In this document: one piece after another, positions 36,746-50,000 of the stretch
Numbering within the stretch: position 1 is the stretch's first letter
Layout: the number at the start of each line of letters is the position of its first letter
DNA from: Podarcis melisellensis
Taxonomy: Eukaryota
Direction: 5' to 3' (one strand)
DNA: 64,000 nucleotides
NCBI GenBank assembly: GCA_964234715.1
Contig: OZ174275.1
Translations under genes and position numbers: made by a program
Notes under the pieces: generated by a model
Databases searched by the model: none
Seen by the model: only the letters and a program-made list of their open reading frames with translations
Told to the model about the DNA's origin: nothing

Positions 36746-37302
36746 TGTCTGAAACCCATAGTAAAAGTCCTAAAGCCATTTTGACTCTTTCAGTCACCTC
36801 AAATATTTCTCTACAAGGTCAAAGGAAATGCAGAAACCTCCCCATTGTCCCTGTCCTCACAAATCCTGCCTTAAGGGCACATTTAAGGTGTGAATAGGGT
36901 GAGCCTGTGACCTGGCTCACATTACAAAAGGATGGCCAGACTCCCCAGGTAATCTGGTCAAGTGACTATTAACAGGTAACCTGGCAGACAGGGTAGAAAC
37001 AATGCACTCAGATTTCTGTGATGTAGGGATGATGTATCTGGGGGGTGGTCTTGGACAATTTGAAATGTCTATATAACAGTGGGCACACTTTTGTTCTGGG
37101 TCCTCCTCTCTCCTGCGTGTGGGGGAGCACCCTGTTGCAACGGTTTTTTAAAATAAAAATCATGCTTAACTAGCCGTCTTGCTTTTCACTAGAATTCTGG
37201 TCTGGTCTCTGTCGTTTTACTAGCTGGTAAGGGCTTTCAATTGTGCTCTGCCAGAGGTCCAGGCTCCCTCCCGGAGAAGGACCCCTTTTAACTCTTATTA
37301 CA
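36746..37302 (+). mobile_element. Probable solo LTR (ERV-like)
   Basis: TG...CA ends, GCCATTTTG near the 5' end, TATATAA 37070, AATAAA 37152, AACCAC on both flanks (offset by 1 nt). Confidence 0.55.
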
Positions 37303-40300
37303 AACCACTAATACACAACACATCACATACATACGCTCAGGGCCCAAGCTACATTATTCTCTAGACTGTTCATATTTTACAAGCTCTTAAGTAGAAAAAC
37401 TGACACTTCCCCCATCCCCCATTTCTTAATAAAACTCCATGTGTCTTTCTGCGCATGAGTACAGTTGCTATGCTAATGCAGGTGTTTCTTTTTAAAAATT
37501 AAAAATACAAATAGGTCTCTGAATAGTTTTGCAGGGTTCTACATTGCCCAGGGAATCTACAGTAGAGCAGGATTCCTGCAGCTGATGGTCCCTAAAATTT
37601 GTGCAAAGCACTCAGCACTCTGTTCACTAGAATAATACTGAATTATGAGGTGTTTCCTGTGTAGCTTCTAGACTGAACACGGCAAAGCATGAATTACAGT
37701 ACATGTCAGTATCAGCCTGGGATAAAAAAAGTACTAGTAATCGTGTAAATCCAGGCCTCTCTATCTGGCCCTCAGGCCTCTCCAGACCACACCTCTCACC
37801 ATCCCTGCTTTGCACCCTCGGGTGATTTTTTTAAGTAGAAACTGTCCTTTAACACATATTACATTTCTTGCTTGCCTAGATGGAGGTTAGTGAGGGGTGT
37901 GCAATTCTGTGAATAAACTAGCTTGCCACACAAAGGTAAAATACAGATTCATTGCTCTGTCCACATTTGCCTGTGATTTTACCAACTGCTGGCATGTGGC
38001 TCCTGGAAGGTTGTCCAGAAAGGAATGTGGCCCCTTGGTTTGAAAAGGGTTCCCCACCCCTGATGTACTATAATGTAAGTTGTGAATGAGGATGGGGTGG
38101 TGGTGGAACTAGCATACCTGGCCCCACTCTTTCAGCTTTTGTATATTACTTCTTCATGAATATAATGCCTGAATAGGGATAGAAAGAGAAAAGGACAGAC
38201 AGAAAGACTACGGGTCATGGATTTATATTTAGCCTTTGTTGTTCCATAGGCTCAGAGTAACAACCGTTTTTAAACAACTAGCAGTCTTACAATACAAGTA
38301 ATGAAGATACAAGTAATAATTATCAGTGGGAATATTAAGATGTGGCAGATGATCTGGCTATTGATGAAGCAGTTTCCAATTAAACTCAGTAGAGTAACAA
38401 CTATATTTTAAATTATGCTTTATGCAATTACATTTACATACCTTGCATTCTGATCTTTATACATCATTACACTGGCTGATGGACAACTCCTCATTAAGCA
38501 GTCATAACAATACAATGCAATTTCAGGATTTATTTGCTTGCTAATTGTTCCACATTGGCATTCCCTCAATAGAAGCTAAGGTTGAAGTTTCCTGAGAAAA
38601 GGTGTGTGTGTTTGTTTGTGACTAACAGAGAGTGATCATGCTGAGAGTTTGGATAGCGTTAGCTAAACTGTGATGCAGCCTTGGTTGGGGCTACAACAGT
38701 TGCTCTCAAAAAATTAGAATACAATCCTAGTCGTTAGGCAGAGCTTGATGGAGTGGCAAAGCCAGCTTCACATCTACAGCCCAGTTCTTGTACTGGCCAA
38801 GGCAAAGTGCAGTAAAAATACTGCTTTACTTTGCTAGCTCCGAAGCTCCCCACTCAGATAAAGTTGTGCTATATTCTTATTTATGCCAGGTCATAGAATT
38901 GTCTCCAATACCCCAACATGATAGCTAATGCATCCTATGCCTGCCATACGTGAGGTTAGTAATAACACATCTCCAAACAAAAAACAAAGACAAGGATAGA
39001 TGTGCCCACCCTCGCTCCCTGATGCAGCTCAAACATATGCCACAACCACTAACAATGGCCACATGACATGTGGAGGCAGCCAGTATCATTGCAATGATTC
39101 AGGCACTTCCTCACTCACCCCACACAGAATGTACACTGCTACAGTGTACTCCAACAGACATAGTGGCACACTCCATAAAGCACAGTTTGGGAAAGAAGTT
39201 TGAACATCAACAGGGGAGAGTGGGCTAATTGGGAAGCACCCCAACAATCCTTCCCAGTGGACATAGGACTTGACACCACACTTCAGATACCATAGAGCAG
39301 TTGCCTACACATTTAGCCATAAGAGCAGAAGGCAAGTACAGACGTCATGGAGCATTTGTCACTCCGAAGCCCACAACCCCAACATGCAGTCATAGGTACC
39401 AGGAACATAGGAGATGCAAGAGGAGCCCTGGGCTGGTGGAACAATTTCTGCATGTTTGGAGGGCCCTAAGTCAAATTCAGGGTACACTAGGAAAGAAGGA
39501 TCAGCCTCCACACCCAGACACACCTAAGCCAACTAGGAGGAATGTTGCATGGAGTAAAATCCTGCCGCTCTATTAGCCAACTAGCCATATTGACCCCCTC
39601 CTTTCCCTATGGCAACTTCCCCTGTATTGCCTGATAAGCCCAATGTAGTAGCATTGCAGCAGGACTCCATCATCCTATCTAGACCAACTGACTACGCATG
39701 CTATTCTATTTGAGCAGCCTAGGAAGCATGCTCCCTTAAAGCTTACGGGACCTAAGTGAACCGAGAAAGGAGGTGCAGCTGCCCATTAGCAGATCCAGCT
39801 CCCTGCCTTACAGTCACCTCCTGAAGTCAGCTACAACCAGATCACACTATGTTGGTGAAAACAGAAGACCCCTGTAGAGTTGCCAACCAGCCCTTTGAGC
39901 AGCTTTTGTGCTTTGACGGTGGTTCAACGCACAAACTTAGCTCTAACAACTTTCTCAACATGCATCGTTATATAAACTATCATGTCCGCTTACTCTTTTT
40001 TTTTTTGTAAACTAATAAGTCCCAAACATTGTAGCCTTTTCTTGGAAGTGAGTTGCTTCTGCCTCCTGATTATTTTGTTTGTCATTTTCTACACCTTTTC
40101 CAGCTCTGTGGTAACCAGAACTGTCAAGAGAATTCCAAGAGTGATCACACCATAGATTTGTATAAAGGCAGCAAGAAGTAGTCAACATCACAGGAATAAG
40201 TAGATAGAGATCCCATTTTGTTTGCCTTAAACTATTAGATATCTGTGTGTTGTAGTTATGGAGTTTTGAATGTTGCCTTGGGTTCACCATGTGAGTAGAA

Positions 40301-41739
40301 AAATGGTTGAAAAATTGTATAAAATGTTCATATCCGAAGTGGTTGCACTCTAGTGTTCATACCAGCCCAGTACAATTTTGTCCAAGTGCATTCAGTGAAG
40401 CTTACTTCCAGAGAAATGTGTACAGGCTTGTAGCATTGCACTGCATTACTACGTATACTCAGAAATAAGCCATTTACTAAGGGTTTAAAGGATTGCAACC
40501 CTATAGTCCAATGAGAGTGAAGATACATGTTGTAGCTGAATGCAAAATAGAAACAAAAGGTTTTTCTCATGAAGAATTCTATTGAATTCAAAACGTGTTG
40601 GTCATTTTGGGTCTAAAAAAGCCTTGTATACGCCTATAGAAATCTTTGCTAATTTACACGTTAGGATGTTCATCTCTTATTGATCCTAAGTGACTTTATT
40701 GGCAGCACATTTATTCCGTATCATGCTCAGACTAGCATATGCAATGGCATCTTTGTTTAATACCAAATACATGTACTTTATGTATAGCATCAGTTTCTAT
40801 TAATGTGTTAATGTAACATAATCACTTATGCTCAAGTAATCTTATATTATTGATGAATAGTTTGAAGATTTCCATTTATACATATATATCATAGTTTCAG
40901 GCACTTTAGTTCAAAGTACAATTATTCTGGGAGTGTGTGCTCTACACCAGTGTGTTTGGGAACTGGTGAATAGGAAGGGCAATCACAAAGGAGATTCTGA
41001 CTAAACATCAGGATTAACTTGAAGACAGTAAGAGGTGTTTGACAGTGGAAGAGAATCCCACAAGGGGTGATGGACTCTCCTTCCTTGAAGGTTTAAGTAG
41101 AGGTTGGGTGGCAACCTGTCATGTATGACCCAGCTCAGATTCCTAAATTGTGGGTGACTGAACTAGATGACCCTTGAGGTCCCTTCTAACTACAGTTCTA
41201 TAGTCCATTTTATCTGTTCCCTTTTAGTGCAACTTGTATTGTGACTGCAGACCCCGCCTGACATCCTCTTCATCCTTCATCAGATTGTTATATAGCGCAA
41301 TCACTTTCAGGTTCCAGTCCAACTCTACCAGTTTTCTGCCAGTAGATCTCCCAGTGCCAAAGCCAAGTTTAACGGACCAACTTCACTCATAGCTATACGG
41401 AGGTTCTGCTAGCAATTGGACAGAAGTTCACCATCCATCAAAAAGATGGAACCGGGAGAACAGGTTCGAAGCGCTTTCTGTTAACAACTCCAGCAGCCCT
41501 TGGGATCCCAAGTTTTTGCGGCTAAACTGACATTGTAAAGCTAACCAGAAGGAAGCCTGGCTTTGGGAATAAACCAGAGGGGAGTTTTATGGGGCTCTGT
41601 TGCAACCTCCTCCTTGATCCCTTAGCCAAACTGAAATCCCAGGTGCGCCGCAGTCAACCCTAATGTTCCATAAACTTGAAGAGCTTACATCTATACGAAT
41701 TTCCACCCCTTCCCGATAATCTCTCTTTATCCCTCCGCG

Positions 41740-42060
41740 TTACACAACACGTTACGCCACATCACACCCATCCATGCATTCTCCTCCTCCTCCTACGAAA
41801 CCTCACTCTGTCGCTGCGGCTTGTCACAATTACGAGCCCAGGGATTGTTGAAACTACATCTCCCGGGATGCTGTGCAAGGCGGCTCAACTTCTCTCCGCA
41901 GTGCATGTTGGGACATGTAGTTCTGTCCCCGCTCCGAACGCGTTGAAGCGCCGCCCCCTGAGCACTACGATTCCCACAATGCACCCGGCCTTTCCCCCCT
42001 CGACCGCTCACCTTCCTGTCTTAGAAAAAAAAATAACCCTGAAGTTCCCTCGATCAGCTG
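41740..42060 (+). promoter_or_regulatory. ZFYVE1 promoter with three ZNF143/SBS (ACTACANNTCCC) motifs
   Basis: ACTACATCTCCCGGGATGC 41853-41871; reverse AACTACATGTCCCAACATGCAC 41901-41922; ACTACGATTCCCACAATGCAC 41964-41984; local CpG enrichment. Confidence 0.8.
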
Positions 42061-42700
42061 ATCAAGACTGACAACAAGGGGAGAAGGAGAAGAGCTTTGG
42101 ACTGGCCCCGATCCCTCCTAGGGGGTCCCAGGTCTACATGGTGGGGCTCAGGCATTGTGGGAGCTAAGCCCTAACCCTGCGGGGGAGAGGAAGGATCTGC
42201 CCAGCTCGATCCTTGAAGCTCAGAGGAGGAGGAGGAGGAGACTGTGATCTGATTACTTAGTCACTAAGACTTCCAGGGAGGAAGAGGAGGAGGAAGGTGC
42301 CTACTGTTTTTGTAAACAATAGATCCGGATGTTGGGGGGATATTTTACTCCTAGGCAGACCCTGTCATTTCGTTTATTCTGTTTCCTCCTCACCCCGTTG
42401 TTGTTTATGAGAAGATCTACTAGTTTAAAAGAAATGTTTAGTATATAGCAATATTTTCCTATTGTGATTTAAAGTAACCTTAAGTAAGCAGCTCGTTAGG
42501 TATATGTTTTGCCCTTTTTTAGGCAATATGGGCAGACAAATATTTATTGTGCTGTAAGGCAAAAGGTCCTGTTTTGGAAGCAAATAAGTTACAAATGTAA
42601 ACAGATGGAATGGTCTTACTGTAAGACTCCTTCCCACCCCGTTTGCTGGCTTAAACATTGCTTGACTTATGTTTGTAATTTATTATTGTCCTAATTTAAG
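42040..42700 (+). other. ZFYVE1: ZFYVE1 probable non-coding exon 1 (5' end approximate)
   Basis: Follows the promoter; perfect AAG|GTAAGT donor at 42700/42701; next acceptor TTTTCAG at 43200. Confidence 0.6.
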
Positions 42701-43522
42701 GTAAGTAGATACTCACTGCTGGGAAAAATAAAAACCCAGACAGTAGGGTTTAAAAATATGTGGCGCTTTGATGTGGCTCTCCCTGGTCAGATTTGTTTCC
42801 GTGCTTCCTACGGCTGTAATCCTATATACTGCCACCAGACTTAAGTCAGACTTATTTCTGAGTGAATATACATAGAATTGGGGCCTATGCCACTTACTTT
42901 TATAAAGGCCCTTCTGCTTATTTTGTGTGATGAACTTTAGTTTGTTCAGATATAATTGCAGCTGAAATAGAGATCTTGTCTGAGATAGCATTGCTGTGAG
43001 CAGACAAATACATTCCTTGTTTTGCAAAAAACATAGATCCAGAAACTGTCCACAAGTGCTTTGCATTGTTCAGGAGGAGTTGAATTGTGGCAGGAAAGCA
43101 CAAGGTTTACTAACATTGTCTGAATTTTCTGTTGATTTTTAAAAAAAATATAAAACCACTGATGTCATCTTTATAAATCTTTTTCCTATTTCTTTTTCAG
43201 GCCTTTCAGGGAAAAGATCTGGCTTACATTTAAGAAACATATCCTTGTTTTTCTTACACATATCTAACCTCAGTGTGACTTTTAAGCCCATAATTCATTT
43301 GGGCCTGTCCTTAATTGTGGAAAGCTGCTGTGTTTACATTGGCTTTGCATATGATGATACCATTATAGACGAGAGAAAATCAAGGCGGACACATTCTTTA
43401 ATAGAAATATCAACATATGCAGAGTTTCCTCAATGTTAAGATAAATACAAATTCTAATCCTTTGGAAAACCAATGTACATATCTGTTAAAAAATTGTAAA
43501 GCTAACAGTAAAATTTCTGAAA

Positions 43523-44014
43523 ATGAGTGCCCAGCCTCCAACAGCAGATAAGGGACTGAATACTGCCCTTTTGTGCCAGGAAAGCTATGCTTGCAGTGGC
43601 ACAGATGAAGCAACCTTTGAGTGCGATGAGTGTGGAAGCCTGCAGTGCCAGCGGTGTGAAGAAGAATTACACAGGCAGGAAAGGCTACGAAACCATGAAC
43701 GGACCCGAATTAAAGCCGGCCATGTCCCATACTGTGACACTTGCAAGGTTGCCAGTGGGAATATCATGCAGAGCAATATCATAAACTCCAGGCAGAGGGC
43801 AGCAATAAGATGCCAAGCATGCAAAATTAACCTCTGTGTAGAGTGTCAGAAGAGGACTCATGCCGGTGGAAACAAGAGGAAGCACCCCATCACTGTTTAC
43901 CATGGTGACAAATCTCACGAGGAGGAGGAGGGGATGGATGAGGAGACCAAGAGGAAGAAGATGACAGAAAACGTTGTAAGCTTCCTGTTGGTAGATGAAA
44001 CAGAGGAGATCCAG
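43523..44014 (+). CDS. ZFYVE1: ZFYVE1 exon 2 coding part (exon starts 43201)
   Basis: MSAQPPTADKGLN...FLLVDETEEIQ; CAG|GTAAGA. Confidence 0.95.
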
Positions 44015-47000
44015 GTAAGAAATGTTGTGACTCTTGAAAGGCAGACAATTAAATCTGCATGATTTATCTGAGGGACTCAAGGCAGCATCATATTGGGGGG
44101 AATAAACCCAATGATATACAGTGGTACCTTGGGTTACATACGCTTCAGGTTACATACGCTTCAGGTTACAGACTCCGCTAACTCAGAAATAGTACCTCGG
44201 GTTAAGAACTTTGCTTCAGGATGAGAACAGAAATCGTGCTCCGGCGGTGCGGCGGCAGCGGGAGGCCCCATTAGCTAAAGTGGTGCTTCAGGTTAAGAAC
44301 AGTTTCAGGTTAAGTACGGACCTCCGGAACGAATTAAGTACTTAACCCAAGGTACCACTGTAGTATAGAATTATTCTTTGTGACTTTTCAACTTGACAGT
44401 TGTGGGGTGGATACTTTCTTGAGTGGGCAAGATGCACGGTAAGTAGGTAACATTACAGCCTCAATTCAGTCTTTAAAGAATTTTTTTTTGAGAGCCTCTA
44501 CATATGTGCCTTACATTTAAATCTGTCTCTCTCTCTCTCTCTCCCTCCCTCCCTCCTATATAGCGCATATAACAAGTATTAGCAATGGCAAAATCAGTTT
44601 CCCCTTCTTCCTTCACCCACCCACTTTCCTTCCCACTCCTCAACTTGCAAATTTTAACAAAGCCACTTGGTTCAAATACATACAAATGAGGTCATGGTCA
44701 AAGTCACTTAAATCTGTCCTAACAGAGAAACTCTTCTGTAGTTTGTAGCATACACTGAAGTCAGGAAGCAATGGCTTCTTTGCTATGATGTCACAGTAGG
44801 CAGAGGCATCATAAGTCTTCTTGCTGCCACTGGGTTAACTGCTCTGATGTCACAGAAGGAACCTTTGGTCTGGCCGCTAGAGGAGTTGAGATCATAGGAT
44901 TTGAATTCCAAAGTCCACAAGCAGCTTTGAACTGCAATAAGTATGACCAATGCAAGTTGGTTAAGATGTAAACAGACAGATACTTGCTGATTTGTTGGAT
45001 GTCAGAATTGAACCTTCATTCCAATTTTTTTTGTAACGGTGGCTGCATAATAGTTCTGTTTTTCTGCACTGTGTCTTGCATAGTTTGTTCAGGTTTGAGA
45101 GTGCTGTTTGCTGGACCTCAAGACTATCATGGCAGTTAATCATACTTACAGTGTTCTTAGTTTTGCAATCCATTGAAAGAGTTAACCTACTTGGTATAAG
45201 GAAATTAAAGGGAGGCTGAGGTTGAGCAGATAAGTAAAGAGCTTCAAAGAGAATGATGAGTTCCTGTAGAGTCTTGCCAAAATCACACTCAGCTGTAATA
45301 TGCCTTTAAGGTCATGTTTGTGTTTGCACAACAAATGGGAACCCAAATTATATCCAAATAGTCCACATACTGTGCTAATAATAAAAGTTATCAACCATCT
45401 ACAACAATAACATATACTACAAATCACCCGTAAAACATCCATTTTCAAGCTCCACAGATGAAAAACAACTTCTACATTTCTTAGACGGATTCCAACTTGA
45501 ATTATATAATGCAATTGTTTTTCCTTGATAGCTGTGTGCTGCAGTTCTTCTAACTTAAAAGTATTTTCTTTTATAGAAAAATTATTGCCTTTAAGGTACA
45601 TTAGTTCCCTGCTTTATCACATTAAAATAACAACAACAACAACTCATATTTATTGGTTTCTAAATGTGCTTCAGTAGTTAGAACAAAACAAGCTGTCTGA
45701 AATACTACTGTAACATTACTGGCCTAAGGAAACTATCCTACTATCACTTCTCTGTTTTGTCAGCTGGACAACCTTCAGTCCTTTGACAGGACAATGACAT
45801 ACTTCTTCCATACAAGTTTTAAATAACATAAATGCCCATAAAAATATATCCAAAGTGGGAAATGTTGTGAAATCAAATCTTTAATTTAAATCATTGGGAA
45901 AAACTGTCTTTAATGTATCAATTCAATATGACTCCTGCTGAGTAATAGTGCTGAGGATTTGAAATTTTTGCTCAGTTGCAAAAAACTTCAAATGCTACGG
46001 TGTATGGTTGTATACCATGAAATATGGAAGTAATAAAGTTTCAGTTGTTCTGGTTCTGATCTTACTGCTCAATGATCCATAATTCCAAAATTCAACTTTT
46101 TTTGTTGTTCCTCCATATACACGTGGACAATGATATGCAGTCACGTAGATCACATGTGTGGAGTGACATGTAATGAAATCGCTTAAAACAAAAGCTTTAC
46201 CATCTTTAGGATTAAAAAATTCTTTTGTTTGTACAGGTTGTACAGATCTGGAATATTAACTTTGTTAAAATGTCCTTTAGTAATAAGGGGTTTCATGTGG
46301 TAAACTGTAACTGAATATACTATTTTGTTCTTCACATTTAAAGATCCAATATCCTACAACAGGCAAATCCTGGAGTATCTTATATTAAGTATCCGTGTTT
46401 CAGTACAATATGTCTAATAGGGAAAGGTATTCTGTTACATTTCATATACCTGAAATGGTTTTTCCCCCTCTGCTTTTGAACTGACCTCTTATCCTACAAT
46501 AACTCTTGTCACTTGGTTTACTGTATTTTTTACACAAATTTGTCAGTGTGATTTATAAGTAAAAAATTATATCTATTAAAAATCCATGTGCACTAGTGAT
46601 GCAAGAATCAATGTGTTCATCCAAGTAAGAAATTCCCAAACACCACTATTTAAACCCACACTGATATATATAATCAGTGATATATTATCTACCATAATAT
46701 GCCATGCAGTGTACATGTAGATTTTTCTCTTTGTTCAAAATTGCGGTTGTTTCTAAGTAGGACATACCAGTATTTTTATAACATTGCTCATCAGAATTTG
46801 GGTGTTTTGGAATTTCTTACTTGGATGAACAGGGTTGATTCCTGCATCAAATTCACTATGGATTCACCACATGTACCATTTTTGGACATTTATGATCAAT
46901 GCTTTCTAACAAACAAATCTGACTGACTGACTAGGTGGGGCTGAGAATGCCCCCTGTCTGCCACCCTGGAGGACTGTTAACACCAAACAATAGAGGGACC

Positions 47001-50000
47001 AAATAACCAGACTAGGTATAAGGCCACTTCCTAAGTAAGGCATCCATTGTCAGTTTCCATACTTAGTGATAAGGGAATAACTTTCCCCTTATCCATCTAA
47101 ACTGTTTCTATTGTATAGTCAAATGCTAGTGACTGACACGGAGGTAAAGCTTTTTCTGTTACAGAGATAAGGAAAACTGTAGCTGGGTGGGGTTCTGGGT
47201 ATGAGGTTGCTATTGCAGGCAGAAGAACAGCACAAGTGAAATAAAATGGCAGCCCTAACAACAGTGTGAAAGCTTACAGGCTTGTAAAATGCATTGTAAC
47301 TTCTGTTCTCTTCTTAGGCAAGTCTAGAGATGGGAAGGCCTGGAAAAAACCCGGAAAACTGGGGGGAAACCAGTCCCCCCCTTTTTTTGTTTTTTCCCCC
47401 CAAAGCTGTTTTTTCCCCATTTGGAAAAAAACGGGGGAAAAACCCCTAGTTTTTCTCCCAATTTTCCGTTTTTCCCCCAGGCCTTCCCATCTCTAGAGAA
47501 GTCGGTGGTGTGGTTCCTCATCTACAGGTCAGATTGAAAATAACTCATTTACCATATAAACTGGTGCAGTTCCACTGACTTTGAATAAGACTCCTTAGGA
47601 GCAAGGGTGTCATAGCTCATGGGCAGCAAGCAGTTATGAATATCCTTTTAGAGAAAGCTTTTAAAAAATGATTTACCTATTAACTTTATTTTGGGGTGCT
47701 GTTTTTAGCTCTTTTATAGCTTGACTGTCATGCTGTCTTGGATTTTCCTTTTTTATTACTGTTTTATATCTTTTTAAAGTTGTAAGTTCTTTTGAAAGAG
47801 GTATCTCTCTGATGCAACTACAAAAATTGTTGAATTAACAACACAACCCTAGCAGGTGTACTCGGAAGTGACTCTCACTCTGTTCAACAGGGCATACTCC
47901 CAAGAAGGTTTTTGTAGGATGTAGCCTCAGTTTTCTATCCCATTTGTCCTTGTTTCTAGCTCTTTCATCAGTAATGGGTGGGTAGGTGGAGCTGTTTTCT
48001 AATGCAATAAATGTCAAGCTTGTATTTGACTTCAGTGAGGACAAACCTTCCCATGGCTTCAGTTATGGCTTAGCAGCACATCTGTTCTCTTTTCTAATAA
48101 ACATAATGGTGACATTGAAAGTGGATCCCTAACAATTAAGGTTGCCGATTTGCAACCTGGAGAGTCTGCTTCTCTAACGTCCTCAAAGAAGTAGAAGAGA
48201 ATTCAGGTGTGGCTTCTCCTCAAAATATCTACCTTCATTTAAATAGTGTACATTGTGGAGAATTGCTGTACCATTTTTAAAGGCTGCAAGACAAGCAGAA
48301 ACATACCAGATGAAACTTTTCTTCTCGCTTCAGCTGTTTGCCAGGAAAAGCCTCGTCCGCTAAATTTTGCTTATCATGCAGTTGTTAGATGTAGAGGAGT
48401 CCTGCTAAGGAGAAGAAAGATGGTACAATTTATTTGACATATGCTTCGAATTATATGTATAATTTCATATCTCATTGACAAAGTCAAATTGATGCTGCGA
48501 TTCGACAAGAAAATACATGACAGCCATTCATATATGACCCCCCCTCTAATAGTTCATAGTTTTAGTTCACATTTTCATTGGCTCACTCAATACTGGAAAA
48601 ATGTATGTCAGTTGTATGTAATTAAAGTGGCAAAGAATCTATGATTGGATCATATTTTTTCCTGGAGGTAAGATAACAGCATAGTTCAGCTACGCTCAAA
48701 TATAATAACAGAATGATTTCTAGATGCTAAGAATTTTAAAATAGAGTAAGAGTAAAGGAATAAATCCTTACACAATCATTTAAGTTTTTTGCCCCTCTTG
48801 CTAAGATGCGACATCCTTAGGCAGGAATGCAAATATGCCTGTCTGGGCTAGCTATGTTACCGTCCATTCCTTGCCTAAACAAAAAAGTTTTTAGCAGGCA
48901 CCAGTATCTCAGAGTGTTACTGGCTAAAAGAATGTCACTTGCAGTTATAAGTCATGTCCAAGAAGCAGCACCATTTCAGCAGTGGGTTCTTTCCATTAAA
49001 AAGTTCTAACGCAATCTTTCTCTTCTTGTTTTGGAAGGTGGCAAACGAAGACGAATTTATCAGGAAACTGGACTGCAAACCTGATCAGCACGTAAAGGTG
49101 GTGTCTATTTTTGGGAACACTGGGGATGGCAAATCTCATACCCTTAACCACACTTTCTTCTACGGCCGTGAGGTTTTTAAAACATCTCCTGCGCAGGAGT
49201 CTTGTACGGTAGGGGTTTGGGCAGCCTATGACCCTGTCCACAAAATGGTGGTGATTGACACAGAGGGTCTTCTGGGGGCCACTGTCAACCTGAGTCAGAG
49301 GACCCGGCTGCTTCTGAAGGTCTTGGCTATTTCGGACCTTATCATCTACCGTACTCATGCTGACAGACTTCACAACGATCTCTTCAAATTTCTTGGAGAT
49401 GCCTCAGAGGCCTACCTAAAACACTTCACCAAAGAACTGAAGGCAACCACAGCCCGTTGTGGCCTGGATGTTCCCTTGTCCACTTTGGGCCCTGGAGTCA
49501 TTATCTTCCATGAGACTGTATACACACAGTTACTAGGTGCTGGTGAGTAGACAAATGTCGGTTGCTGCAATGTAAATCACTTGGGATGGATCTGTATCAT
49601 AACACAGCCAGAGTTGGGTGTTGCCATGTGGAAGATTTGGGGACTGAATCCTGACTTAGCTCACTATCTAGAATATAGAAGGTGGAGAGGTAACATGCAG
49701 GGAGTTTGCATCTGACAAATAGCAAAGCATAAGTCAGTTAGCTTGGATTATGTGTATTTTATGTGACTATGGCGTTTGGGATCACATTTCATCGTCCTTT
49801 TTAAAAAGCAAGGAGAAGAAGGAAATTTCTAGATATTTTAGCTGCAAAACTGGGGCTGAAAGCATGTGTATACCACCTGTTGAAATCTCAGAAACCAGAG
49901 GCAGGGTTGATCAGAATTTCCAGTGACAGGAAACATGGCTTCATTGTCTTCCATAGTTTTTCCCTTGATACCTAACAGAAGCAGACTAAATTATGCAATA

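Noticed and set aside
38600-39960. C-rich intergenic stretch that looks like decayed retroelement coding sequence
   Set aside because: No motif could be assigned by eye; needs a RepeatMasker or tBLASTn search.
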